Assembly: GCF_000039765.1 (NCBI RefSeq)
Contig: NC_004459.3
Coordinates: 2,271,127-2,303,126 of the forward strand
Length of the DNA: 32,000 bases
Direction of reading: 5' to 3'
Origin: Vibrio vulnificus CMCP6
Lineage (GTDB): Bacteria > Pseudomonadota > Gammaproteobacteria > Enterobacterales > Vibrionaceae
Position numbers and translations under genes: made by a program. Each line of letters starts with the position of its first letter. Position 1 is the stretch's first letter. The notes beneath the pieces are model-generated. The model was not told the origin of the DNA. It saw only the letters and a program-made list of their open reading frames with translations, and did not search any database. Positions 1 through 8,243 of this stretch are shown piece by piece.

Positions 1-618
1 TACAATGATCTTGCGGATCAGCGTCATGGTGATCAAAAAGCCCACAAAAGCAATCGAAGACATAATCGCAATGGCAAACATCGCTTGCTTATTAATCATC
101 GAATTGACATGGCTTAAGTTGTATTCCAAACGAATTGCACCCAAGACTTCGCCTTCTGCAGCCATATGACAGGCCACACAATTGGTGCCTCGGTAATTCT
201 CGCTGGATTTCATTGGCAGAGCGACGACCAAACCTTTGCCCCAATCGGCTTCCACAGGTTCGATCACCAACTCACCATTTAACGCTCTCTGATCGATGTC
301 ATCTTGTGGGGCTTGATTCGCTTGGCCTGGACCATACAACTTACTCACCAACTCACTGCGTAATACACGGACTTGCTCAATACCATCTTGGGCGAGGGCT
401 TTTTGTCGCAATGTCTCTTTCTGGGCCATAGTGCCCGTGAGCATCATCATATTTAGGCTGTCGAAATAGTTACTGGCCTTGTCGTGCAGTTGTTCACTTA
501 AAACAGAGTTAATAAGCTGTTTTTGTTGATAATATTGATAAGCTGTCGATACCGCTAGGACAAAGGTAAAGACGGTGATAAGGGCAACAAGTAATTTGAA
601 CGTAATGGTTGAGCGCAT
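1..618 (-). CDS. N-terminal part of a membrane-bound sensory protein (TM + periplasmic domain with CxxCH c-type heme motif + second TM); truncated by window edge, output domain unknown
   Basis: My reading of the minus strand: ATG at 618, open to position 1 (206 codons). MRSTITFKLLVALITVFTFVLAVSTAYQYYQQ... is a TM/signal anchor, ...NYRGTNCVACHMAAEGEVLGAIRLEY... is the periplasmic heme motif, ...AMFAIAIMSSIAFVGFLITMTLI... is a second TM. Not in the supplied ORF track because it runs off the edge. Confidence 0.8.
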   Translation of the reverse strand, partial: MRSTITFKLLVALITVFTFVLAVSTAYQYYQQKQLINSVLSEQLHDKASNYFDSLNMMMLTGTMAQKETLRQKALAQDGIEQVRVLRSELVSKLYGPGQANQAPQDDIDQRALNGELVIEPVEADWGKGLVVALPMKSSENYRGTNCVACHMAAEGEVLGAIRLEYNLSHVNSMINKQAMFAIAIMSSIAFVGFLITMTLIRKIIV

Positions 619-917
619 AGTTTTTATAATTGAGTTTTGGAATAGACCTCAATATTTTAAGCTGACGTTTAAAGTGTCGCGATCATGAGATTTCTGCAGT
701 GTGACCATAGACAAAATAAGGTTTTTGTAAATGTGATGTGAGTACGTTGTGAACGTATTATTGACGTAATGGTCATTATTCCGACATGCGACTTAGGTCT
801 AATCCATAGAGCGAAACGTTTGGCTGGAGATTATTGTTCGATATTCACAGCCAACGCTTGTCACTCCTATAATTAATCCTTAGTATTGCCACTCTTTGAA
901 AAAGCCTGAGTATCGTG

Positions 918-1280
918 ATGAGAACCGAATTGTATAAAGAGTTCATGTTTGAAGCTGCCCATCATCTTCCACATGTTCCTGAAGGTCATAAATGTGGTCG
1001 CCTACATGGCCATTCATTCTTAGTTCGTTTATATGTTGAAGGTGAAGTGGATCCGCATACGGGCTGGGTAGTGGACTTTGCTGAAATCAAAGCGGCGTTT
1101 AAACCGATTTATAACCGCTTAGATCACTATTACTTAAATGATATTAAAGGCCTAGAAAACCCAACCAGCGAAGTACTGGCAAAATGGATTTGGCAACAAC
1201 TTAAGCCAAATTTGCCGCTACTGAGCAAAGTGGAAATCAAGGAAACCTGCACCGCAGGCTGCATCTACAAAGGTGAGTAA
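918..1280 (+). CDS. queD: 6-carboxy-5,6,7,8-tetrahydropterin synthase family (QueD)
   Basis: ORF 915..1280 (GTG then ATG at 918). [24 protein letters not shown] zinc/substrate motif, [41 protein letters not shown] are PTPS/QueD hallmarks. Confidence 0.93.
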   Translation: MRTELYKEFMFEAAHHLPHVPEGHKCGRLHGHSFLVRLYVEGEVDPHTGWVVDFAEIKAAFKPIYNRLDHYYLNDIKGLENPTSEVLAKWIWQQLKPNLPLLSKVEIKETCTAGCIYKGE

Positions 1281-1300
1281 TCTCCTTTAGCAAATTGAAA

Positions 1301-1330
1301 CAAAGGCAAGCATCAAGCTTGCCTTTGTTG
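1301..1330 (+). terminator. Terminator-like hairpin downstream of queD (probably bidirectional with the converging GNAT gene)
   Basis: CAAAGGCAAGC-ATCAA-GCTTGCCTTTG: perfect 11-bp stem with 5-nt loop, followed by TTGTTT. Confidence 0.75.
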
Positions 1331-1352
1331 TTTCTGAGCTGGGTTAAAACGT

Positions 1353-1820
1353 TTATCCCAGTGGGTGGCGTAAAATCCACTCTTTTTCTACTTCGCCATA
1401 GATGACTTTATCGGTATTGGTAAAGCCAGCAGAGAGGAAAAACTGATTGGCCGTTTTGTGGCTGTTTGGCACGGTCAGGCAAAGAGAATTACTCTCTGGA
1501 TCAATGGTGTACGCATACACAAACAGCTTTTTCAGTGCCTCAGTTCCTATACCTTGACGTTGGTATTGACGATCAATCATCAGGTAGTTCAGCCCCAGCT
1601 CATGGCGTTTGGCAAATGGCGCGTGCTGAGAAAACCCTTTATCAATGACCAAATAACCAACCGTCGAACTGTCCGAATAAATCGTAAAAAACGCTTCGGA
1701 CTTATGGCGTTTTTGATAAGCCTGCTCAAAAGGCTTAAAAAATCCTTTTTGTTCTTCATGCACATCCAATTGCATCAAGCTGGCGAAATCTCGTAGCTTA
1801 GTAGGCTTTATTGCAATCAT
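1353..1820 (-). CDS. GNAT family N-acetyltransferase
   Basis: 155-aa ORF; ELGLNYLMIDRQYQRQGIGTEALKKLFVYA matches the acetyl-CoA binding motif A (Q/RxxGxG/A) of GNATs; NQFFLSAGFTNTDKVIYGEVEKEW C-terminal part. Confidence 0.75.
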   Translation of the reverse strand: MIAIKPTKLRDFASLMQLDVHEEQKGFFKPFEQAYQKRHKSEAFFTIYSDSSTVGYLVIDKGFSQHAPFAKRHELGLNYLMIDRQYQRQGIGTEALKKLFVYAYTIDPESNSLCLTVPNSHKTANQFFLSAGFTNTDKVIYGEVEKEWILRHPLG

Positions 1821-2000
1821 GACAGTAAATAGCGAAACGATAAGTGCGAGGTGGCATTATAAATTCCAATCAATGCTATCGTCTAGGTATTTGATTGTAT
1901 TCATAATTGGCTTCATTACTGCTGGCTTTCATTTCGTGCAAAGTTTGTTCACGGTGATTGTACTGTTGATGAAATGACACTCACCGTGACAAGCAAAGTA

Positions 2001-3716
2001 TTAATAGTGAAGCGGATAGTAGTAACCCTGATGCACATAGGCTCCAAGGGTGGTGAGCAAATGGGCGCTGTCGGCCGTCTCAACACCTTCAACAATCACA
2101 GTGCAGTGGTAGGTTTTACCCATGGCAATTAATTGTCTTAGTGTTTCAATTTTCTTGTCATCACTTTTTACCCCAATCACAAACTCGCGGTCGATTTTGA
2201 GATAGTCAGGATTAATCTTGCTGATCAAGGCGACGTTATTGTTGCCAGTCCCAAAGTCATCAATGCTGATTTTGCAATCGAGCTGCTTTAACTTGGCCAC
2301 ATTTTGGTAAATTTCGGCAGTGTAATACATAGAGGCATTCTCGGTTATCTCAATGGTCAGCAAACGACAATCGAGGCTGGCGAGTTCACGATAGAGTGCG
2401 GAGAAATTATGCCCTTGCAGTAATGTGGGGCAGACATTGATGCTAATTGGCACTTTAAGTGATGGTTGGTTGGCATAAATGGCCCGAAGAACCAGAATGG
2501 TGTGAGTAAGCAACAAGCCATTACCAATCAGGGTTTCAATGAACTTTTGTGTGTTTTTGACCTTAAATCGGGATAAGGCTTCAAAATGAATGGTTTTTTG
2601 TGTCGAAGTGTTATAAATCGGCTCTAGGCGGATACTAAAATGTCGAATAGCGAGAAGATAGAACAGAAAAGCTTGGATCGACTTGTATCGAAGCACACAC
2701 AAAAAGAACGTACTTAAAGCCAAGATGCTCTGAAACGGGCCAGAGACATAAAACACTTCCTTGTAGCCGTTGTTGTCGGTTTTAAAATGAAAAAAGCGCT
2801 CTTTGGTATTGCCGATCTCAAGGGACGTACCGGTGTTGGTGGAGAGTTTCATTCCTGCGAGGAAAAAGCGTGAGATATGATTTTCGACACTGTTTGACAG
2901 ATTGATGTTTTTGACTCGCACCAGCACCACAGCGTCATTGAGTTCATAGGCTTGGGTGGTGTAGTTTTCGTTTTTGCTCCATTCGTTGAAGGCTTTTTCG
3001 CTGACTGGAGAAACCGTCTCTGGTGTGATCAAGCATCGTATGTTGAATCTATCGAGCATCATGCTCGACTCCACCAATTTAACATTGTCAAATTGCTCTC
3101 TTAGCGCCGCTTCGTTGGCAAAACAGCTCATTTCAGACAGGTTTTGCGCAATGTCGAGTGAGCTGTCTAGGTAGTTGTGCCGTACAATACTGTTAATGGC
3201 GTAATAGCATACGGCGAAAAAAATCAATGCCGTCACCAACATGACCAGCGTGATGTCAGAGTAGATCTTGCGGTTCTTCAGCCCAATGGCCAGCGCTTTC
3301 CAGACACTGTTTTTGGTGTGTCGATTAATGCGCTCTTGCTGATAAAGGCCGTTGTCGTAGTGATGCTGCATAAGAAATGGGATGAAATATCCTGTCCGAT
3401 GAATGTTTTCGATGATGTTTTTATGAGTGGTGAAGTGATCTTCCGTGAGCTTGCGAAACTTCTTTCTTAAAGCGGCCACCGCATTTTTAAACCCATTTTC
3501 GGGCAGTGCCACCTTGTATTGCTGAGTGATTTTTCTCTCGACAGAGCGCTGACTGACGGGAGCATTTAGGCTACCGTGTGCGGCGATAATCGACAGAATG
3601 GCATACTCATTTTGTGTGACGGGAATAGCGTCGTGGAGTGTGTTATTGAGCTCTAGTGAAATTTCGTTTTCGGACAAGCAAACGCAGATTTGGTTTCCTA
3701 GTTCAAACCTAATCAT
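2001..3716 (-). CDS. ToxR/CadC-like winged-helix DNA-binding domain + transmembrane segments + C-terminal EAL (c-di-GMP phosphodiesterase) domain protein
   Basis: N-terminus ...PVTQNEYAILSIIAAHGSLNAPVSQRSVERKI...NGFKNAVAALRKKF...IENIHRTGYFI resembles OmpR/ToxR-type wHTH (ending in RGxGY-like motif). TM SDITLVMLVTALIFFAVCYYAINSIV. EAL core FEALSRF, SINV, LTIEITEN, SIDDFGTG, DYLKIDREF, IVEGVE, HQGYYY. Confidence 0.85.
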   Translation of the reverse strand: MIRFELGNQICVCLSENEISLELNNTLHDAIPVTQNEYAILSIIAAHGSLNAPVSQRSVERKITQQYKVALPENGFKNAVAALRKKFRKLTEDHFTTHKNIIENIHRTGYFIPFLMQHHYDNGLYQQERINRHTKNSVWKALAIGLKNRKIYSDITLVMLVTALIFFAVCYYAINSIVRHNYLDSSLDIAQNLSEMSCFANEAALREQFDNVKLVESSMMLDRFNIRCLITPETVSPVSEKAFNEWSKNENYTTQAYELNDAVVLVRVKNINLSNSVENHISRFFLAGMKLSTNTGTSLEIGNTKERFFHFKTDNNGYKEVFYVSGPFQSILALSTFFLCVLRYKSIQAFLFYLLAIRHFSIRLEPIYNTSTQKTIHFEALSRFKVKNTQKFIETLIGNGLLLTHTILVLRAIYANQPSLKVPISINVCPTLLQGHNFSALYRELASLDCRLLTIEITENASMYYTAEIYQNVAKLKQLDCKISIDDFGTGNNNVALISKINPDYLKIDREFVIGVKSDDKKIETLRQLIAMGKTYHCTVIVEGVETADSAHLLTTLGAYVHQGYYYPLHY

Positions 3717-3940
3717 GTGTTGTGGGGCTCCAAATTAAATTTTTGGCTACGTTATCAATAAATTGCGGTTTGGGATGTGATTTTTTACGGGGATATCCTA
3801 AACAATTGGATATAGTGATGATTTTAGAATTTTTTATAGTTTTATAAATGAAACGATTCAGAGCGTAGCAATAAGGGTGAAATGAGCGGTCTAAAGGGCG
3901 AGCAACCGCTTGGAACGACGAACAGAGAACAGCACAAAAA

Positions 3941-3967
3941 AAGCCCAGGCAATAAATACCTGGGCTT
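3941..3967 (-). terminator. Rho-independent terminator of the sdaC-sdaA unit
   Basis: Minus strand AAGCCCAGG-TATTTATTG-CCTGGGCTT followed by TTTTTGT; just downstream of the sdaA stop. Confidence 0.85.
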
Positions 3968-3989
3968 AAATCTCATTACGCTGAGGATA

Positions 3990-5351
3990 TTAGCAAATCA
4001 CTTTAATGGCTAGGCCACCTTGTGATGTTTCACGGTATTTCGCGTTCATGTCTTTGCCTGTTTCCAGCATCGTCTCAATCACTTTATCCAAAGAGACGCG
4101 AGGTGCAGAAGAGCGACGAAGTGCCATACGTGTTGAGTTAATCGCTTTCACCGCCGCAATACCATTACGCTCGATACATGGAACCTGTACCTGACCTGCA
4201 ACTGGGTCACACGTTAGACCAAGGTTGTGCTCCATAGCGATTTCTGCTGCCATACACACTTGCTCTGGGCTACCGCCCATAAGCTCAGCAAGGCCAGCTG
4301 CTGCCATAGAACAAGCCACGCCTACTTCGCCTTGACAGCCGACTTCAGCGCCAGAGATAGAAGCGTTACGTTTGTACAGACCGCCAATCGCACCCGATGC
4401 AGCAAAGTAACGGATGTAATCTTTCTCTGTCACTGTTTGGATGAACTTGTCGTAGTACGCTAGAACGGCTGGGATGATACCACATGCGCCGTTAGTGGGT
4501 GCTGTTACGACTCGACCGCCTGCTGCGTTCTCTTCGTTTACCGCAAAAGCGAACATGTTTACCCAGTCAACCACGGCCATAGGATCGTTCGAGGTTTTTT
4601 CTGAGGTTAGCAGTTGCTGGCGAAGTGCTGCCGCACGACGAGGAACACGCAGTGGACCAGGCAGAATGCCTTCTTCGTTCATACCACGCTCCATACACTC
4701 GCGCATGGTGCGCCAAATGTTTGCGAAGTAAGTACGAGTCTCTTCATCTGAGTGCAGAGCGTGCTCGTTTTTCATCACAAGTGCGCTGATAGACAAACCG
4801 TGCTCTTTACACTGGTTGACTAACTCTTCCGCTGAGATGTACTCATAAGGGACTTTGATAGAGCTGTTGTTGTCTTTACCAAAGTTCTCTTCATCCACGA
4901 TGAAACCACCACCGATTGAGTAGTAGGTTTTTGAGTATACTTTTTCGTCATCAATCCAAGCGTGGATTTGCATGCCGTTTTCGTGCAACTCAAGATTGGT
5001 CTTGTGGAAGTTCATTCCGCCTTCACGAGGGAATGAAACGGTATGACAATGCATGCCAACTGGCAGGCGTTCAGTTTCTTCTACACGAGCAATGAAGCCC
5101 GGAATGGAATCGATATCCACCTTCTCTGGTGTATTACCAGCAAGACCCATGATGATGGCGATATCCGTATGGTGACCTTTCCCTGTCAGTGATAATGAAC
5201 CATAAACATCAACGGTGATTTTAGTGATGTCACGTAATTTTCCCATTGCGCGAAGATCATCAATAAACTCTTTACCCGCTTTCATTGGACCTACAGTGTG
5301 TGAGCTTGAAGGACCAACGCCGATCTTATAGATATCAAATACACTAATCAT
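3990..5351 (-). CDS. sdaA: L-serine ammonia-lyase, iron-sulfur single-chain type
   Basis: MISVFDIYKIGVGPSSSHTVGPMKAGKEF, TNGACGIIPAVLAYY, GAEVGCQGEVGVACSMAAAGLAEL, EHNLGLTCDPVAGQVQVPCIERN: hallmark motifs. sdaA versus sdaB naming cannot be resolved from sequence alone. Confidence 0.93.
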   Translation of the reverse strand: MISVFDIYKIGVGPSSSHTVGPMKAGKEFIDDLRAMGKLRDITKITVDVYGSLSLTGKGHHTDIAIIMGLAGNTPEKVDIDSIPGFIARVEETERLPVGMHCHTVSFPREGGMNFHKTNLELHENGMQIHAWIDDEKVYSKTYYSIGGGFIVDEENFGKDNNSSIKVPYEYISAEELVNQCKEHGLSISALVMKNEHALHSDEETRTYFANIWRTMRECMERGMNEEGILPGPLRVPRRAAALRQQLLTSEKTSNDPMAVVDWVNMFAFAVNEENAAGGRVVTAPTNGACGIIPAVLAYYDKFIQTVTEKDYIRYFAASGAIGGLYKRNASISGAEVGCQGEVGVACSMAAAGLAELMGGSPEQVCMAAEIAMEHNLGLTCDPVAGQVQVPCIERNGIAAVKAINSTRMALRRSSAPRVSLDKVIETMLETGKDMNAKYRETSQGGLAIKVIC

Positions 5352-5369
5352 TTTGATTACCTCAAAAGT

Positions 5370-5395
5370 AAGCCTCCCAAGGAGGAGGGAGGCTT
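5370..5395 (-). promoter_or_regulatory. Intercistronic hairpin between sdaC and sdaA, just upstream of the sdaA RBS
   Basis: Minus strand AAGCCTCCC-TCCTCCTT-GGGAGGCTT: 9-bp perfect stem, 8-nt loop, no following T-tract; RBS GAGGT at about 5363-5359 and ATG at 5351. Confidence 0.5.
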
Positions 5396-5447
5396 TATCT
5401 TATCGTTATGCTTTTGTCTTTATTCTCATCTTACAGGGGGAGTGAGA

Positions 5448-6701
5448 TTAAAGAGCGCCGTAGATTACAGAAGTAATAGAAGCAAGACCACAGATAACTG
5501 TGAAAATCTGCACAGCTGCTGAAGTTTTATACTTCGCCATCGCTGGCACTTTTTGCATTGCAAATACAGGCATTAGGAACAGGATTGCCGCAATCATTGG
5601 TGCGCCCATTGTTTCAATCATGCCTAGGATACTTGGGTTAACGATAGCCACGATCCAAGTAGTGATAACGATGAACAGTAGCGACGCTTTCTCGATCTTG
5701 CTGATAGGGCTGTTTGAGCGAGATTTGATCAGACCAACTAGACCTTCATGCGCACCAAGGAAGTGACCGAAGTAGCTAGAAGTGATCGCTGCAAACGCAA
5801 CCAGTGGACCAAGGTAAGAGATCAGTGGAGACTCATGCACGTTCGCTAGGTAAGAAAGTACAGAGATGTTTTGCTCTTTCGCAGAAGCCAGTTGCTCTGG
5901 AGACATAGACAGCACAACAGAGAATACGAAGAACATCACAAAGCCCATTAGCATCATCGCTGCACCGCCAGTGATCGCATCGGTTTTCTGAACCGCTTTG
6001 TCACCATGCTGTAGGCGTTGTTCTTTAGAGAACTGAGAGATGATTGGGCTGTGGTTGAATGAGAACACGATGATCGGGATAGCTAGCCATACGACAACAG
6101 GCATAGAAGACCAATCAGGTGCCACTTGCATCATCGACGTGTTCCAATCTGGGATCAAGTAGACAGAAAGTGCAAGAAGAACGAATACTAGTGGGTAAAC
6201 CATTGCAGACGTTGCTTTTAGCATCAGTTCTTTACCAAATACCACACCAGCGGTCATTGCAAGGATCAATGCGCCAGATAGCAGTGGACGTGGAATGGAT
6301 TCCATACCCATTTGGTTAACAAGGAAAGAGTCTACTGTGTTTGTGATACCAACACCGTAAATCAGAACGATTGGGTAGATAGCGAAGAAATAGGCAAAAG
6401 TAATAAGGTTTGCGCCAGTCTTACCAAAGTGCTCTTCTACAGTGTCAGTGATGTCCGCTTCAGGGTTCTTAGCAGAAAGAACGAAACGAGCGAGAGATTT
6501 GTGAGCGAACCAAGTCATTGGTGCTGCAAGTAGCGCTAGCATAACTAATGGCCAGAAGCCGCCAGCACCCGCTTTAATTGGAAGGAAAAGTACACCAGCA
6601 CCTACCGCTGTACCGAAAAGGGACAGACACCAAGTGAAATCTTTGTAAGTAAACTTACTAGAAGATTGTACGGCAGGAGCCGCAGTTGAAGTTGTTTTCA
6701 T
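5448..6701 (-). CDS. sdaC: HAAAP-family serine/threonine:H+ symporter (SdaC-like)
   Basis: 417 aa, about 11 hydrophobic segments; FTYKDFTWCLSLFGTAVGAGVLFLPIKAGAGGFWPL, FSFNHSPIISQFSKEQR typical of SdaC; co-directional and adjacent to serine dehydratase. Confidence 0.9.
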   Translation of the reverse strand: MKTTSTAAPAVQSSSKFTYKDFTWCLSLFGTAVGAGVLFLPIKAGAGGFWPLVMLALLAAPMTWFAHKSLARFVLSAKNPEADITDTVEEHFGKTGANLITFAYFFAIYPIVLIYGVGITNTVDSFLVNQMGMESIPRPLLSGALILAMTAGVVFGKELMLKATSAMVYPLVFVLLALSVYLIPDWNTSMMQVAPDWSSMPVVVWLAIPIIVFSFNHSPIISQFSKEQRLQHGDKAVQKTDAITGGAAMMLMGFVMFFVFSVVLSMSPEQLASAKEQNISVLSYLANVHESPLISYLGPLVAFAAITSSYFGHFLGAHEGLVGLIKSRSNSPISKIEKASLLFIVITTWIVAIVNPSILGMIETMGAPMIAAILFLMPVFAMQKVPAMAKYKTSAAVQIFTVICGLASITSVIYGAL

Positions 6702-6991
6702 TTTTGATTACTCATTTTGGGAACAGGAAATAAGTCGGCCGCAATTCTGCACTTTTTTGTTGCAAGAAAATTAGATCTAAATCATGTATTGCTCGTGCTT
6801 ATTGAATGATATGTCAAAAACCTGTTTATTATCACGAAAATGATGTGCTACACGTGATTATTGCTAATGCATGCCATTAGAAAAACTAATTTGAAGGGGT
6901 GTTTGTACAAAATATTCTCATGCCAAACGTTTGCCTTGGCGGAGATTAAAATAACTAACCTGATGCTTGGTAACGAGGCCGTTAACAACTC

Positions 6992-7618
6992 TTAACCTCG
7001 TTTCATAATTTGTTGCTGCATGGCTTGGATTATCTGGGCAGTCATCCCCCAGATAAAATGATGCTGATAGGGAATGGCAAAGACTCGATGATGAGATTGA
7101 TTCACGCGAAACTGGGCACTTTTCAGTTTCTGCGTATCAAGTAGGTGATTGGCGGGCACTTCGAACACCTCATCGACCTCATTTTTATCAATGACGATTT
7201 GATAATTTGGTTCGACAAACGCCAATATTGGTGTGACTTTGAACCGACTGACGGTAACCAATTCCGGCATTTGGCCAAAAATGGAGATCGCATCGGGTGC
7301 AATTCCTATCTCTTCGCGGGTCTCGCGCAACGCCGTTGCTTGTAAAGAACAATCACTCTCTTCGTACTTGCCACCCGGAAAGCTGATTTGCCCCGGATGA
7401 TGTTTCAGATGAGAGGCGCGTTTAGTCAGAATCACATTCAAGCCTTGTTCTCGTTCAACAAAGCCAATTAACACGGCGGCATCGCGAAGCTTACTGCCTT
7501 TCAAGTGTGCAACACGTGCGGTGGACTCTGCGTGATAACCGCGAGGCAGATTGAACTGAAAAGATTGTAATAGTTGATTTTTATTAAGCTCAAACAAGGT
7601 ATTACCTCTGCCCGTCAT
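6992..7618 (-). CDS. nudL: NUDIX hydrolase, CoA pyrophosphatase-like
   Basis: LTKRASHLKHHPGQISFPGGKYEESDCSLQATALRETREEIGI: Nudix box preceded by the LLTxRSxxxxxHxGQxxFPGG (CoA-pyrophosphatase) signature. Confidence 0.9.
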   Translation of the reverse strand: MTGRGNTLFELNKNQLLQSFQFNLPRGYHAESTARVAHLKGSKLRDAAVLIGFVEREQGLNVILTKRASHLKHHPGQISFPGGKYEESDCSLQATALRETREEIGIAPDAISIFGQMPELVTVSRFKVTPILAFVEPNYQIVIDKNEVDEVFEVPANHLLDTQKLKSAQFRVNQSHHRVFAIPYQHHFIWGMTAQIIQAMQQQIMKRG

Positions 7619-7685
7619 TTGATCAAACCTACTTTATACACCATGCTTATTTGGCATAGCGTCTAATTACAGGGTAGCGCAAAAA

Positions 7686-8243
7686 ATGAAGGGAATCATT
7701 TTCACTGAATTTTTGGAATTGGTCGAAGAGAAATTTGGTTTGACCGTACTGGACGATATTTTGGACAGGGCAGGAGATGAGGGTGTCTACACCGCAGTAG
7801 GGAGCTACGACCACCGAAAACTGGTCAGTTTGATTGTGCATCTTAGCCAAGTGACGGGGCTGTCTGTTGAGCAGTTGCAAGAGGTCTTCGGTGAGGCCGT
7901 GTTCGACAACTTATTGGCGTCCATTTCTAATCGTTCAAGCCTGCATCAATGTCACTCAACCTTTCAGTTTATTCGCCATGTGGAAGAGTATATCCATGTT
8001 GAGGTGAAGAAACTCTACCCCGATGCCAAGCCACCGGAATTTATCTTCATCGAACAAGATCGAATGAAGATGGTGTTTGACTACAAAAGCGCGCGTTGCA
8101 TGGGGCATGTTTGCCTTGGATTGATGAGAGGGTGTGCCAAGCATTTTGGCGAAGAACTGGCGATACAGATGGAGACACTCAACCCAACAGGCAGTCACGT
8201 TCGTTTCAATGTTGCTTTGGTAAAGGGTAAACAAGATGGATGA
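7686..8243 (+). CDS. H-NOX (heme NO-binding) domain protein
   Basis: MKGIIFTEFLELVEEKFG... start, IRHVEEYIHVEVKKLYPDAKPPEF proximal-His region, MVFDYKSARCMGHVCLGLMRG containing the YxSxR heme-propionate motif. Confidence 0.93.
   Translation: MKGIIFTEFLELVEEKFGLTVLDDILDRAGDEGVYTAVGSYDHRKLVSLIVHLSQVTGLSVEQLQEVFGEAVFDNLLASISNRSSLHQCHSTFQFIRHVEEYIHVEVKKLYPDAKPPEFIFIEQDRMKMVFDYKSARCMGHVCLGLMRGCAKHFGEELAIQMETLNPTGSHVRFNVALVKGKQDG

Noticed and set aside
135-431. 98-aa plus-strand ORF
   Set aside because: Antisense to the heme-motif membrane protein, whose minus-strand frame is coherent. No recognisable domain.
640-914. Possible preQ1 riboswitch upstream of queD
   Set aside because: I could not identify a preQ1-type pseudoknot (no clear A-rich tail pairing). 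An Infernal/Rfam scan would decide.
6702-6991. Possible CRP-like site (TGTGCTACACGTGATT) upstream of sdaC
   Set aside because: Only one half-site fits TGTGAN6TCACA. Catabolite control is plausible biologically but the sequence match is too weak to call.
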